This document shows, piece after piece, positions 44,408-58,425 of a stretch of 64,000 bases of DNA (positions are counted from its first letter, which is position 1; each line of letters starts with the position of its first letter). The notes beneath the pieces were generated by a model, which saw nothing but the letters and a program-made list of their open reading frames with translations, was not told the DNA's origin and ran no database searches. Location: NCBI GenBank assembly GCA_036171175.1, contig JAVHQO010000213.1, positions 1,431 through 65,430 on the forward strand. Reading direction: 5' to 3'. The stretch comes from Gallionella sp. Its GTDB lineage: Bacteria > Pseudomonadota > Gammaproteobacteria > Burkholderiales > Gallionellaceae. The position numbers and the translations under genes are program-made.

Positions 44408-44494
44408 CAGGGATTTAGGAGAAGGGTGAAGGGAGAGGAGAGAAGGGTAACAGCCGCGCTCTCCGACCCTTCCCCCTTACCCCTTCCCCCTTCC
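44408..44494. repeat. Heptamer-periodic purine/pyrimidine hairpin
   Basis: AGGAGAA GGGTGAA GGGAGAG GAGAGAA GGG arm versus CCCTTCC CCCTTAC CCTTCCC CCTTCCC arm. Confidence 0.75.
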
Positions 44495-44502
44495 CAAAAA
44501 AC

Positions 44503-47712
<3,210 letters not shown>

Positions 47713-47730
<18 letters not shown>

Positions 47731-47814
47731 TCTTTAGTCGTGAGTGGTTAGTAAAGACCGCGCAGCGACATTCCGACTTACCACTTACCACTTACCACTT
47801 ACCACTTACCACTT
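47713..47814. repeat. Heptamer-periodic hairpin with (ACTTACC)5 tandem arm
   Basis: AGT at 47715/22/29/36/43/50; ACT at 47776/83/90/97/804/811. Confidence 0.85.
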
Positions 47815-47832
47815 TTTACGAGTATCTCAACT

Positions 47833-48309
47833 ATGAGCAAAGTTCCTTTGACCGCAATCGGCGCAGAAAAATTACGCGTTGAGTTACACAACTTAAAAAC
47901 CGTACAACGACCGTCGGTGATACAGGCTATTTCTGAAGCGCGCGCGCAAGGCGATTTGTCTGAAAATGCTGAATACGATGCCGCTAAAGAGCGTCAAGCC
48001 TTTGTCGAAGGACGCATTCAAGAGTTGGAAGGAAAGCTGGGTAGCGCGCAAATTATTGATCCGCGCGCCATCAATGCGGATGGTCGCTGCGTATTTGCTT
48101 CCACTGTGATTTTGGAAGATGTGAATAACGGTGATGTGCTGACCTATCAAATCGTCGGCGAAGACGAAGCCGATATACGCCAACGCAAAGTCTCGATTAG
48201 CTCACCGATTGCGCGTGCGTTGATAGGAAAATACAGCGGAGATATTGCAGAAGTGCAAGCCCCAGGCGGGGTGCGTGAATACGAAGTAGTCGAGGTTCAA
48301 TACATTTAG
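47833..48309 (+). CDS. greA: Transcription elongation factor GreA
   Basis: [18 protein letters not shown]. Confidence 0.98.
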   Translation: MSKVPLTAIGAEKLRVELHNLKTVQRPSVIQAISEARAQGDLSENAEYDAAKERQAFVEGRIQELEGKLGSAQIIDPRAINADGRCVFASTVILEDVNNGDVLTYQIVGEDEADIRQRKVSISSPIARALIGKYSGDIAEVQAPGGVREYEVVEVQYI

Positions 48310-48315
48310 AAAAGC

Positions 48316-48370
48316 AGTTATGAGTCGCTAGTTGGTTTTTTCATTATTAACCACTAGCGGCTAGCAACTA
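48316..48370. repeat. Heptamer-periodic hairpin (AGTCGCT family) between convergent greA and yhbY
   Basis: AGTTATGAGTCGCTAGTTGGTT ... AACCACTAGCGGCTAGCAACT. Confidence 0.7.
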
Positions 48371-48374
48371 ATTT

Positions 48375-48728
48375 CTAGCTGCGACTGGCAAGCTGCTTTT
48401 TGCTGAGTTTTTTGCCTTTGTGGCGTGGCATCTTTTTGATGGCGATGGCTTTAGGTTCTAAGTCTTTCAAGTAAACCACCAGCATTTTGCCGATGTGTTG
48501 CACGGGAGCGGCGTGCAGTTGAGTGCAAATTTCAGTGAACAGGTTTGCACGTAATTCACGATCATCGCCCATCACGCGAATTTTAATCAGCTCATGGCGT
48601 TTTAGTTCAGCCGCAATTTCTTTCAAAACAGTTTCGGTTAAACCTGCATTACCAATCATCACGGTAGGTTTGAGGGAATGGGCGCGGCCTTTGAGCACTA
48701 AGCGTTCAGATACAGTTAACGTCAACAT
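48375..48728 (-). CDS. yhbY: CRM-domain RNA-binding protein YhbY
   Basis: AHSLKPTVMIG, HELIKIR, VQHIGK; divergent from rlmE. Confidence 0.93.
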   Translation of the reverse strand: MLTLTVSERLVLKGRAHSLKPTVMIGNAGLTETVLKEIAAELKRHELIKIRVMGDDRELRANLFTEICTQLHAAPVQHIGKMLVVYLKDLEPKAIAIKKMPRHKGKKLSKKQLASRS

Positions 48729-48764
48729 ATAAACTTTCAAAAAATAAGGTCGAGATTCTAAACG

Positions 48765-49382
48765 ATGCAGCCCTCTAAGACTAGTAAACAATGGATGCGC
48801 GAGCATGTGAACGATCCTTATGTGCAAATGGCGCAGAAGGATGGCTATCGCTCTCGTGCCGCCTACAAGCTGCTCGAAATCAATGCTAAAGATAAATTGC
48901 TCAAGCCAGGCATGGTGGTGGTGGACTTAGGTGCTACGCCTGGCGGTTGGTCGCAAGTGGCAACACGCGAAATTGGTCGGGGCGGAAAAGTGATTGCGCT
49001 GGATTTGCTGCCTTTAGATCCCTTGTCGGGGGTGGATTTTATTCAAGGCGATTTCCGCGAACACAGTGTGTTAAAAAAATTACAAGATTTGCTGGCGGGT
49101 CGCCAAGTTGCCCTTGTTATTTCTGACATGGCTCCCAACATGAGTGGCGTGTTAAATGCCGATTTGGCACGCGCACTGTATTTAGCCGAGTTGGCGATGG
49201 AGTTCGCCTGCGAACAATTGCAAGCCGATGGCTATTTTTTGGTTAAAGTGTTTCAGGGGGCAGGGTTTGAGGATTATCTGAAATTGTTGCGCAGCCGCTT
49301 TAGTAAAGTGGTGACGCGTAAACCGAAAGCCTCTAGAGACCGCAGCAGTGAACTCTATCTCTTAGCAACTGGCAAAATCTAA
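48765..49382 (+). CDS. rlmE: 23S rRNA Um2552 methyltransferase
   Basis: [31 protein letters not shown]. Confidence 0.97.
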   Translation: MQPSKTSKQWMREHVNDPYVQMAQKDGYRSRAAYKLLEINAKDKLLKPGMVVVDLGATPGGWSQVATREIGRGGKVIALDLLPLDPLSGVDFIQGDFREHSVLKKLQDLLAGRQVALVISDMAPNMSGVLNADLARALYLAELAMEFACEQLQADGYFLVKVFQGAGFEDYLKLLRSRFSKVVTRKPKASRDRSSELYLLATGKI

Positions 49383-49465
49383 CAGCCTTCTTGAGTAAAG
49401 CTCTAAAGCATAGTCTAATGCTAGCCCTCGTAAAAAAAGCCTAAGCCGTATTTAAGGAAAACATT

Positions 49466-51352
49466 GTGAATAATTTTAAGAGTGTCGCTATTTGGTTGGT
49501 CGTCGCCTTGGTGCTGATGACGGTCTTCAATTCATTTAACAATCATCAACAGCAAGCGTCGCAATCACAGCTTGATTATTCGCAATTCCTTGACGAAGTG
49601 AAGCTAGGTCACATCGCCAAAGTCACCATCGAAGGGCGCACTTTGAAGGCGACCACCTCGGACGGGAAACGCGTTACTAGCTACGCGCCGAATGATTTGT
49701 GGATGGTGTCTGACTTACTCAAAAACGGCGTAAAAATCGAAGCTAAAGCGGAAGAAGAGCAATCCTTTTTGATGAACCTTTTCATCAACTGGTTTCCAAT
49801 GTTGCTGTTGATCGGCGTGTGGATTTTTTTCATGCGTCAGATGCAAGGTGGCGGCGGCAAGGGCGGGGCGTTTTCATTTGGTAAAAGCAAAGCGCGTTTG
49901 TTAGACGAAACCAAAGAACGCATTACCTTTGCCGATGTGGCGGGTTGCGATGAGGCCAAAGAAGAAGTTTCTGAACTGGTCGATTTCTTAAAAGACCCCA
50001 GTAAATTTCAAGCATTGGGCGGACGGATTCCGCGTGGCGTGTTGTTAGTTGGTAGCCCCGGTACGGGTAAAACACTGCTGGCACGTGCCATTGCAGGCGA
50101 AGCCAAAGTGCCGTTCTTTTCTATTTCGGGTTCTGACTTTGTTGAGATGTTTGTCGGCGTGGGCGCGTCACGCGTGCGCTCGATGTTTGAAGATGCCAAG
50201 AAACAAGCTCCGTGCATTATTTTCATCGACGAAATTGATGCGGTCGGTCGTCATCGTGGCGCAGGCATGGGTGGTGGCAACGACGAACGTGAGCAAACAC
50301 TGAATCAATTGTTGGTCGAAATGGACGGCTTTGAAGGCGCGTCAGGCGTGATTGTGATTGCTGCAACGAATCGTCCTGATGTGTTGGATGCGGCCTTGCT
50401 GCGTCCTGGTCGCTTCGATCGTCAAGTTGTGGTTGGATTGCCTGACATACGCGGACGCGAACAAATTTTGTTGGTACACATGCGCAAAATCCCGATGGGC
50501 GGCGATGTCAAAGCCGAACTGTTGGCGCGTGGGACACCTGGTTTTTCAGGCGCGGACTTGGCAAATTTGGTCAACGAAGCGGCGTTGTTCGCCGCGCGTA
50601 GCAATAAGCGTTTTGTTGAGATGGACGACTTCGAGCGCGCTAAAGACAAAATTATGATGGGTGCGGAACGTCGCGGCATGGTGATGCCTGAAGAGGAGCG
50701 GCGCAATACCGCGTATCACGAATCAGGTCATGCGGTTGTTGCGCGCTTGCTGCCTAAGACCGACCCCGTGCATAAAGTCACCATTATTCCGCGCGGACGC
50801 GCACTCGGTTTGACTATGCAGTTGCCCACCGAAGACCGTTACAGCATGGATAAAAATCGCATTCTCGATACGCTCGCGGTGTTGTTCGGCGGACGTATTG
50901 CCGAAGAGCTGTTTATGAATCAGATGACCACAGGCGCGTCCAACGATTTTGAACGTGCTACTGCGATGGCGCGCAAGATGGTGACGCAGTGGGGGATGTC
51001 TGACGCGCTCGGCACGATGGTGTATAGCGAAGCAGAAAGCGATAGTGGTCAACCGAATTTCACGCGCAGTATTTCCGAAGCAACGCTGCAAAAAGTGGAT
51101 GCCGAAGTGCGTCGCATCATTGACCAACAATACAATTTAGCGCGTCATTTGATAGAAACTAATCGCGACAAAATGGAAGCGATGACGGCGGCGTTGCTCG
51201 AGTGGGAAACCATAGATGCCGACCAAATTAACGACATCATGGCGGGCAATCCACCGCGTCCGCCTAAGCCTCAAGCAGTGCAAGCCCCGCTGCCACCTAA
51301 AGACACGCCCCCCGCTGCACCTGCTGCGGCAACCACTACGCAGGAAACTTAA
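49466..51352 (+). CDS. ftsH: ATP-dependent zinc metalloprotease FtsH
   Basis: Two TM helices, [23 protein letters not shown]. Confidence 0.98.
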   Translation: MNNFKSVAIWLVVALVLMTVFNSFNNHQQQASQSQLDYSQFLDEVKLGHIAKVTIEGRTLKATTSDGKRVTSYAPNDLWMVSDLLKNGVKIEAKAEEEQSFLMNLFINWFPMLLLIGVWIFFMRQMQGGGGKGGAFSFGKSKARLLDETKERITFADVAGCDEAKEEVSELVDFLKDPSKFQALGGRIPRGVLLVGSPGTGKTLLARAIAGEAKVPFFSISGSDFVEMFVGVGASRVRSMFEDAKKQAPCIIFIDEIDAVGRHRGAGMGGGNDEREQTLNQLLVEMDGFEGASGVIVIAATNRPDVLDAALLRPGRFDRQVVVGLPDIRGREQILLVHMRKIPMGGDVKAELLARGTPGFSGADLANLVNEAALFAARSNKRFVEMDDFERAKDKIMMGAERRGMVMPEEERRNTAYHESGHAVVARLLPKTDPVHKVTIIPRGRALGLTMQLPTEDRYSMDKNRILDTLAVLFGGRIAEELFMNQMTTGASNDFERATAMARKMVTQWGMSDALGTMVYSEAESDSGQPNFTRSISEATLQKVDAEVRRIIDQQYNLARHLIETNRDKMEAMTAALLEWETIDADQINDIMAGNPPRPPKPQAVQAPLPPKDTPPAAPAAATTTQET

Positions 51353-51357
51353 AAATG

Positions 51358-51432
51358 GCCAGTAGTCGGTAGCTAGTTAGAGCGTAGCTAAACTAATTTG
51401 GCTACGCTCTACCAGCTAGTTGCTACCCGCTC
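51358..51432. repeat. Intergenic hairpin with degenerate heptamer arms
   Basis: TAGAGCGTAGCTAAA (51378-51392) / TTTGGCTACGCTCTA (51397-51411) plus flanking TAGCT repeats. Confidence 0.7.
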
Positions 51433-51438
51433 AACCCT

Positions 51439-52254
51439 ATGCTTATCTGCGGTTCACACTCCCTCTCGCTTACCCGTCCTGTAGTGATGGGCATCGTCAA
51501 TGTCACGCCTGATTCTTTTTCCGATGGCGGTTTGCATTTAGCAATAGATGCGGCGGTTGCTCACGCGCACCGCTTAATCGCGGAAGGTGCGGATATTCTC
51601 GACATCGGTGGCGAATCGACGCGGCCGGGTGCTGAGCCTGTGTCGCTGGATGATGAGTTAGCGCGCGTGATTCCACTGCTTGAGGCGTTACGCGGCATTG
51701 CCATTCCTATTTCGATTGACACTTACAAACCTGAGGTGATGCGCGCAGCGATTGCTGCGGGTGCATCTATGGTCAATGACATCAACGCGCTGCAAGACCC
51801 AGCCAGCTTGGCCGTGGTGGCGGCGCATAACGTCGCGGTGTGCTTGATGCATAAGCAAGGAACGGCGCAAACCATGCAAGCTGCGCCGCGCTATCGCAAT
51901 GTGGTGGACGAGGTGCGCGAGTTCTTGCGTGCGCGCGTGGAAGCGTGTGAAGCGGCGGGAATCGAGTCCGACCGCATCGTCATCGACCCTGGATTTGGTT
52001 TCGGTAAAAGTGTCGCGCATAACTTTGCCATGCTAAGCAACTTGTCTGAATTCGCCGAAATCGGCGTACCTGTATTAGCGGGTTTGTCGCGTAAATCCAT
52101 GTTGGGTGAAGTGACGGGACAGCCTGTAGAACAACGCCTTGCTGCCAGTGTCGCGGCAGCGTTAATTGCGGCGCAGCGTGGTGCCGAACTGCTGCGCGTC
52201 CATGACGTGCGCGCCACGGTGGACGCGTTAAAAGTTTGGAGTGCAGTGAATTAA
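51439..52254 (+). CDS. folP: Dihydropteroate synthase
   Basis: NVTPDSFSDGG, GESTRPG, DPGFGFGK, SRKS, RVHDV. Confidence 0.97.
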   Translation: MLICGSHSLSLTRPVVMGIVNVTPDSFSDGGLHLAIDAAVAHAHRLIAEGADILDIGGESTRPGAEPVSLDDELARVIPLLEALRGIAIPISIDTYKPEVMRAAIAAGASMVNDINALQDPASLAVVAAHNVAVCLMHKQGTAQTMQAAPRYRNVVDEVREFLRARVEACEAAGIESDRIVIDPGFGFGKSVAHNFAMLSNLSEFAEIGVPVLAGLSRKSMLGEVTGQPVEQRLAASVAAALIAAQRGAELLRVHDVRATVDALKVWSAVN

Positions 52255-52318
52255 GGATTCAGGATTCAGGATTCAGGGGCGCGGCGGTTTTTAATTCCGC
52301 ATCCTTGCTCCTGAATCG
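52254..52318. repeat. Heptamer element (AGGATTC)3 with degenerate inverted arm
   Basis: AGGATTC x3 at 52254-52274; TCCTTGC TCCTGAATC on right side. Confidence 0.75.
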
Positions 52319-52338
52319 TTATTTTTAAGGAATAAAAA

Positions 52339-53691
52339 ATGAGCAAAAAATACTTTGGTACAGATGGCGTGCGTGGGCGGGTTGGTACGCATCCCATTAC
52401 CCCGCAATTTGTCATGCAGTTGGGTTATGCCGCAGGCAAAATTTTGGCGACCGCTGAACACACTGAGGGTGAACGCGCTGCGGTGATGATCGGTAAGGAC
52501 ACGCGTATTTCTGGCTATTTGCTGGAGTCCGCTCTTGAAGCTGGACTGATTGCAGCGGGGATAGATGTATTTTTGGTAGGGCCAATTCCGACCCCTGCGG
52601 TGGCGTACTTGACGCGTACCTTGCGCTTGCAAGCGGGCATTGTAATTTCCGCTTCGCATAATCCGTATCAAGATAACGGCATCAAATTTTTCTCGGCACA
52701 AGGTACGAAATTACCTGATGCGATTGAGCACGCGATTGAAAATCAGCTTGATTTATCTATGCAGTGCAACGATTCACACGCTTTGGGTAAAGCAAAACGT
52801 ATCACCGATGCGGTGGGGCGTTATATCGAGTTTTGTAAAAGTACCTATCCGTCTGAGCTGAATTTACGCGGACTAAAAATCGTCGTGGATTGCGCGCATG
52901 GCGCGACTTATCACATCGCGCGCGAGGTGTTCCACGAGCTGGGCGCGGATGTAGTGGCGATAGGAGCTGCGCCGAACGGCACGAATATCAACGATGGTTA
53001 TGGCGCGACCGCGCCGAAAAATTTACAAGCTGCCGTGCTGGAACACCACGCCGATGTTGGCATCGCGCTGGACGGCGATGGCGATCGTTTGGTAATGGTG
53101 GATGCGGCGGGCTTGTTGTACGACGGCGACCAGTTGCTTTATGTGATTGCGCGGCATCGTCAAGCGATGGGGACAATGAGCGGTGGTGTTGTGGGCACGC
53201 TGATGACTAATTTGGCGTTTGAACACGCTATGCAAAAACTCGCTATACCGTTTAAGCGCGCTAAGGTTGGCGATCGTTATGTGATGGAAGTGCTGCAACA
53301 ACAAGGCTGGCAGCTTGGCGGCGAAAATTCAGGTCACATTATTTGCTTGGATAAACACAGCACGGGAGACGGCATCATCGCCGCGCTGCAAGTGCTCCAC
53401 GCTTTGCGCGCGCAGGGTTTATCGTTGGCGCAAGCGGCGAATGAATTGCGCATGTATCCGCAAATTTTAATTAACGTGAAAGTTGCTAAAGCGGGCAGTT
53501 TGTTAGACAACGCTGCGGTTAAAGCGGCTGTTCTAGAAGCCGAAACCGCCTTGAACGGCAAAGGCCGCGTGCTGTTGCGTCCTTCTGGAACTGAGCCGTT
53601 GCTGCGCGTCATGGTCGAAGGCGAAGACCGCGCTTTAGTTGAGAATTGCGCCAAGAAAATCGCCGATGTGGTGCGCGGTTTGGCGGCTTAA
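52339..53691 (+). CDS. glmM: Phosphoglucosamine mutase
   Basis: [27 protein letters not shown]. Confidence 0.97.
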   Translation: MSKKYFGTDGVRGRVGTHPITPQFVMQLGYAAGKILATAEHTEGERAAVMIGKDTRISGYLLESALEAGLIAAGIDVFLVGPIPTPAVAYLTRTLRLQAGIVISASHNPYQDNGIKFFSAQGTKLPDAIEHAIENQLDLSMQCNDSHALGKAKRITDAVGRYIEFCKSTYPSELNLRGLKIVVDCAHGATYHIAREVFHELGADVVAIGAAPNGTNINDGYGATAPKNLQAAVLEHHADVGIALDGDGDRLVMVDAAGLLYDGDQLLYVIARHRQAMGTMSGGVVGTLMTNLAFEHAMQKLAIPFKRAKVGDRYVMEVLQQQGWQLGGENSGHIICLDKHSTGDGIIAALQVLHALRAQGLSLAQAANELRMYPQILINVKVAKAGSLLDNAAVKAAVLEAETALNGKGRVLLRPSGTEPLLRVMVEGEDRALVENCAKKIADVVRGLAA

Positions 53692-53760
53692 AAAATTATT
53701 TTTCAGCTTTATTTTTGCAGCCGCTATCGTTAAACATAGCGGCTCTTTATTTAAAAACCC

Positions 53761-55617
53761 ATGCTCTCTATCCAAAAAATTACTTATTTGCAAGGCGGCG
53801 AGCCGTTGTTGCAAAATGCTTCGCTGCAAGTTTTTGCCAATCAACGCGTCGGCTTGGTGGGGCATAACGGTTGCGGAAAATCGACGTTATTTCGACTGAT
53901 ACGCGGACAAATTCAGGTCGATGGTGGCGAAGTATCGTTGCAATCAGGCAAGACTTTGGCGTTCGTTGAGCAAGAAATTGAAAACTCCGAACGTGCTGCT
54001 TTAGAGTTCGTTTTGGATGGCGATAGTGCCTTGCGGCAATATGAAAAAACACTTGCTAGCGCGCAACACGATACCGCTTGGTATGAGGCACAGCAAGGCT
54101 TTGAGGCGATAGACGGCTATGGTGCGCCCGCGCGCGCGGCACAATTATTGAGTGGGCTAGGCTTTGCCGCAGACACCTTAAATCGTGCCGTGGATAGCTT
54201 TTCAGGTGGTTGGCGGATGCGCTTAAATCTGGCGCGCGCGCTGATGTGTCGAGCTGATTTATTGCTGTTGGATGAGCCGACCAACCATCTCGATTTGGAA
54301 GCAATTTTGTGGCTGGAAGATTATCTGGCGCGTTACCCTGGCAGCATTTTGTTGGTGTCGCATGACCGCGAATTTTTGAACGCTACGGTGAATCGCATCG
54401 CGCATGTGCATGACGGCATAATTGATAGTTACACCGGCGATTACGATGCTTTTGAGCGTGCGCGTGCCGAGCGCGCCGCGCAGCAAAATCAAGCCCACGC
54501 GCAGCAGCAAGAGCAGATTGCCCATCTCGAAGATTTTGTGCGACGGTTTCGCGCTCAAGCGACCAAAGCGCGCCAAGCGCAAAGTCGCATCAAAGCCTTG
54601 GAGCGCATCGTGCGCATCGCGCCTGCGCAGCTTGCCAATGGCAGTTTTCAGTTGGCGATTGAAGCCCCCGAACGTAGCCCTGATTTGTTGATGCGTAGCA
54701 GTGAAATGGGCTTTGCGTATGGCGAAAAATCGCTGTTTAACAAAGTCAATTTAATGCTGCGAGCAGGTGCGCGTATCGCCTTGTTAGGCCCGAATGGTGC
54801 AGGTAAATCCACGCTGATTAAATTGCTGGTTGGTGAGTTGACGGCTACTAGCGGCAAGTTGGAAATTACTCCCGATATACGCATCGGTTATTTCGCGCAA
54901 CATCAATTAGAAAATCTCGATAGTCATGCCACGCCGCTGCAACACATGGAGCGCGCCGCACCTGCCGAAACGACGTTAGCATTGCGTACTTTTTTAGGGC
55001 GATTTGGTTTAGGTAGCAATAGCGAAGATCGCCCCGTCAGCAGCTTTTCGGGCGGCGAAAAAAGTCGGCTGGCATTGGCGTTATTGGCGTGGCAAAAACC
55101 GCATATCTTGCTGCTTGACGAGCCGACCAACCATCTCGATTTGGATATGCGCGACGCGTTGACTTTGGCGTTGGAGCAATACACAGGGGCGGTGGTAGTG
55201 GTGTCGCATGATAGAAGTTTGATTCGCGCTATCGCCGACGAGTTATGGCTGGTCGCAGATGGCGAGGCAAAACTTTTTGACGGTGATTTAGACGACTACA
55301 AAGTGTGGATCGAAACGCGTCGTCCTAAAGAAACCAGCGTGGTAGCTAAAGTAAAGATTGCTGCTCCTGCGCGCGTCAATGTCAAAGCCTTGCAAAGCAA
55401 AAAAACTAAGCTCGAAGCCGAGTTGCACAAAGCGCAAAGCGCACTCACTAGTTTGGATACCGAGCTAGGTGACCCCACTACCTACACCACTAAAAGTAGC
55501 GCGCAACTCGTTGAACTTAATGCGCAACGCGCTACGCTGATGAGCAAAATTGAGCACTTAGAAGAAGACTGGTTTGAGCTGGAAATGGCGTTGGATGGGG
55601 CGGTTGGCGTGGCATAG
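53761..55617 (+). CDS. ABC-F family ATPase (YheS-like)
   Basis: Two ABC domains (GHNGCGKST, GPNGAGKST, LDEPTNHLD x2), no TM, C-terminal coiled coil. Confidence 0.9.
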   Translation: MLSIQKITYLQGGEPLLQNASLQVFANQRVGLVGHNGCGKSTLFRLIRGQIQVDGGEVSLQSGKTLAFVEQEIENSERAALEFVLDGDSALRQYEKTLASAQHDTAWYEAQQGFEAIDGYGAPARAAQLLSGLGFAADTLNRAVDSFSGGWRMRLNLARALMCRADLLLLDEPTNHLDLEAILWLEDYLARYPGSILLVSHDREFLNATVNRIAHVHDGIIDSYTGDYDAFERARAERAAQQNQAHAQQQEQIAHLEDFVRRFRAQATKARQAQSRIKALERIVRIAPAQLANGSFQLAIEAPERSPDLLMRSSEMGFAYGEKSLFNKVNLMLRAGARIALLGPNGAGKSTLIKLLVGELTATSGKLEITPDIRIGYFAQHQLENLDSHATPLQHMERAAPAETTLALRTFLGRFGLGSNSEDRPVSSFSGGEKSRLALALLAWQKPHILLLDEPTNHLDLDMRDALTLALEQYTGAVVVVSHDRSLIRAIADELWLVADGEAKLFDGDLDDYKVWIETRRPKETSVVAKVKIAAPARVNVKALQSKKTKLEAELHKAQSALTSLDTELGDPTTYTTKSSAQLVELNAQRATLMSKIEHLEEDWFELEMALDGAVGVA

Positions 55618-55689
55618 TGGTTTATCAGACACTTAATTAGTCAGGCATTCGTATATAATCCGCCGCTTTAATTTTGGCGCGAAATTCCC

Positions 55690-56304
55690 ATGCTGGCAGT
55701 CAGCAATCTTTCTTGTAGTCGCGGCGATCTTCAGTTGTTCTCTGCTTTGAATTTTCTCTTGGAAGCAGGGCAAATCATGCAGGTGCAAGGTGAAAACGGT
55801 AAGGGCAAAACCACCTTGCTGCGTACCCTATGCGGCTTTCATTTGCCCGATGCGGGCGCAATCACTTGGTGCGGCGAAGATGTGAATGATTTGGCGGAAA
55901 ATTTTTACGCCAATCTGCTCTATCTCGGTCATCACAACGCGATTAAAGATGAGCTGACGGGTTTAGAAAATTTGCAGATTTCAGCAGGGCTGGCGGGGAT
56001 TAAGTTAGACGAAAAAACCGCCATAGCAGCATTGCGCCGTATGGGCTTGAAAGGGCGCGAACGCTTAGCTACTAAAGTGTTATCGCAAGGACAGCGTCGT
56101 CGCGTCGCATTAGCAAGATTGTTGGTGGGCGACGCGAAATTGTGGGTGTTGGATGAACCTCTTACCGCACTCGATGTCGGAGCGGTGGCTTTGATTCAAG
56201 AGCTCATCGCGGAGCATTTAGCGCGTGGCGGCATGGTAATTTTTACCACGCATCAGCCGCTTGTCATTGCAGGCGTTGAGATGCGTCGTTTGGAGTTGTT
56301 ATGA
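55690..56304 (+). CDS. ccmA: Heme exporter ATPase CcmA
   Basis: GENGKGKTT, LSQGQRRR, LDEP; TATAAT at 55654. Confidence 0.95.
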   Translation: MLAVSNLSCSRGDLQLFSALNFLLEAGQIMQVQGENGKGKTTLLRTLCGFHLPDAGAITWCGEDVNDLAENFYANLLYLGHHNAIKDELTGLENLQISAGLAGIKLDEKTAIAALRRMGLKGRERLATKVLSQGQRRRVALARLLVGDAKLWVLDEPLTALDVGAVALIQELIAEHLARGGMVIFTTHQPLVIAGVEMRRLELL

Positions 56305-56984
56305 ATCAGCTCTCGATAGGAAATTTATTGCTATTGGTCATCCGTCGCGATTTGCTGTTAGCCATGCGCCGCCGCGCGGATGTGCTGACGATTTTGGTGT
56401 TCTTCGTGATGGTGGTGAGTTTGTTTCCACTTGGTGTTGGCCCTGAAATGAGCATGTTGCGCAAGATGGCACCGGGCGTGTTGTGGGTGGCGGCGTTGTT
56501 GGCTTCGATGTTGTCGCTGGGTCGATTATTTTCGGCAGATTATTTGGACGGCACGCTAGAGCAAATGATGCTCAATCCGCAATCCTTGGCGGTGCTGGTG
56601 TTGGGCAAAATGGTGGCGCATTGGTTGGTGTCGGGATTGCCCTTGGTATTGGTCGCACCGATTTTGGGTTTGCAATTTGATATGTCCCCGCCAGCCTTGG
56701 GCATCTTGATGTCGGGGCTGTTATTAGGCACTCCGATTTTGAGTATGTTGGGCGCAATCGGTGCGGCGTTGACTTTGGGCTTGCGCGGCGGTGGCGTGTT
56801 GTTATCGTTATTAGTATTACCGTTATGTATTCCTGTGTTGATTTTTGGTACGGGCGCGGTCGAGGCAGTCGCGAGCGGTTTGAGCGTGGTATCAAATTTG
56901 TCGCTTATCGCGGCGTTGTTGATGATGTGTTTAGTATTCACCCCTTGGGTAACCGCGCAAGCATTGCGTATATCTTTAGAGTAA
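56301..56984 (+). CDS. ccmB: Heme exporter permease CcmB
   Basis: LFPLGVGP, DYLDGTLEQ, IPVLIFG. Confidence 0.95.
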   Translation: MNQLSIGNLLLLVIRRDLLLAMRRRADVLTILVFFVMVVSLFPLGVGPEMSMLRKMAPGVLWVAALLASMLSLGRLFSADYLDGTLEQMMLNPQSLAVLVLGKMVAHWLVSGLPLVLVAPILGLQFDMSPPALGILMSGLLLGTPILSMLGAIGAALTLGLRGGGVLLSLLVLPLCIPVLIFGTGAVEAVASGLSVVSNLSLIAALLMMCLVFTPWVTAQALRISLE

Positions 56985-56995
56985 AGGCGGCATAA

Positions 56996-57733
56996 ATGGC
57001 GATCAATTGGTTTAAGTATTCAGCACCGAGCACCTTCTACGCCTTGGCGGGCAAGCTCATTCCCTTCGTCGCGATTGCTGCGGCGATTTTATTTGCTATT
57101 GGCTTATACATCGGCTTTTTTGTTGCGCCCGTGGATGCGGTGCAGGGCGAGGCGTATCGGATTATTTTCATTCATGTGCCCGCGTCGATTATTTCGATGG
57201 TGTTGTATTTGGTGATGGCAGGTTATGCCGCGCTGGGTTTGATTTTTAACACGCGTTTGTCGTCGATGATGGCTAGTGCGATTGCCCCGACGGGCGCGTT
57301 GTTCGCGTTTATTTCCTTGTGGACAGGCGCGTTGTGGGGTAAGCCAATGTGGGGCGCGTGGTGGGTGTGGGATGCGCGGCTCACCTCTGAATTGATATTA
57401 CTGTTTTTGTATTTTGGTTTTATCGCATTACATGCGTCGATTGATGACGCGCGTCGCGCCGATAAAGCCGCAGCGTTGCTGGCGATTGTGGGTTCAGTGA
57501 ATGTGCCGATTATTTATTTTTCGGTGAAGTGGTGGAACACTTTGCATCAAGGTTCGACGATTAAATTTACTGGTTCGACCATGCATGTTGCGATGCAGCA
57601 AGGCATGTTTATTACGTTGGCGGCGTGTTGGTTGTACGCCATTAGCATCACGCTGTTGCGCGTGCGCTCGATTATTTTGGAGCGTGAACGTAACACGCAA
57701 TGGGTCAGCGAATTGAGCGAGGTAAAAGCATGA
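56996..57733 (+). CDS. ccmC: Heme exporter CcmC
   Basis: WGKPMWGAWWVWDARL (WWD), HVP, TLHQ. Confidence 0.97.
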   Translation: MAINWFKYSAPSTFYALAGKLIPFVAIAAAILFAIGLYIGFFVAPVDAVQGEAYRIIFIHVPASIISMVLYLVMAGYAALGLIFNTRLSSMMASAIAPTGALFAFISLWTGALWGKPMWGAWWVWDARLTSELILLFLYFGFIALHASIDDARRADKAAALLAIVGSVNVPIIYFSVKWWNTLHQGSTIKFTGSTMHVAMQQGMFITLAACWLYAISITLLRVRSIILERERNTQWVSELSEVKA

Positions 57734-57894
57734 GCGCGACAGAATTTTTTAACATGGGCGGCTATGCGTTTTATGTATGGGGCTCGTTCGGTGTAACTGC
57801 CTCAGCCTTCCTGATTGAAATCGCTTTAGTGCGCCACAAACGCAGTTTAACGTTGCAACAATTACGCTTAATGCGTGAAGCCGGAGACGAATGA
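57730..57894 (+). CDS. ccmD: Heme exporter protein CcmD
   Basis: [12 protein letters not shown], single TM and basic tail. Confidence 0.9.
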   Translation: MSATEFFNMGGYAFYVWGSFGVTASAFLIEIALVRHKRSLTLQQLRLMREAGDE

Positions 57895-58409
57895 TGAGCA
57901 TGGAAATAAAAGCAAAAATGAAGCCGCGTCAAAAACGCTTGATGTTTATTTTGGTGGGCTTGGCGGGCGTGGGGATTGCGGCGGCATTGGTGTTAAACGC
58001 CTTGAGCAATACAGTGAGTTTGTATTTCACGCCCACCCAAGTGATGAACAAAGAAGCCCCGCAAGGACGTAGTTTTCGCATCGGTGGTTTGGTCGAAGTT
58101 GGATCGGTGCAACGTGACCCAGGCGGCTTGTCGGTGCGTTTTGTGATTACCGATACAGTGAAAAGTTTGCCTGTCACTTACACGGGAATTTTGCCCGACT
58201 TGTTCAAAGAAGGTAAAGGCGTGGTCGCGCAAGGCAAGATGGAAGCGGATGGCGTGATGCACGCGGCTGAAGTGCTTGCCAAACATGATGAAAACTATAT
58301 GCCACCCGAAGCCGCCGATGCGATTAAACGTGCGCAAGCCGCTGCCGCATCGGGTGTCGTTGCAACTTCTGCAATCGCGGCTAGCTCGGCGGTTGCCGTC
58401 AGCCAATAA
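57891..58409 (+). CDS. ccmE: Heme chaperone CcmE
   Basis: [20 protein letters not shown]. Confidence 0.96.
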   Translation: MMSMEIKAKMKPRQKRLMFILVGLAGVGIAAALVLNALSNTVSLYFTPTQVMNKEAPQGRSFRIGGLVEVGSVQRDPGGLSVRFVITDTVKSLPVTYTGILPDLFKEGKGVVAQGKMEADGVMHAAEVLAKHDENYMPPEAADAIKRAQAAAASGVVATSAIAASSAVAVSQ

Positions 58410-58425
58410 TTTAGAAAGCTCAAAC

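Noticed and set aside
47776-47814. CRISPR array
   Set aside because: 7-bp tandem units with no spacers and no cas genes
51250-51352. Pro/Ala-rich FtsH tail as an insertion
   Set aside because: Variable low-complexity C-termini are normal for FtsH
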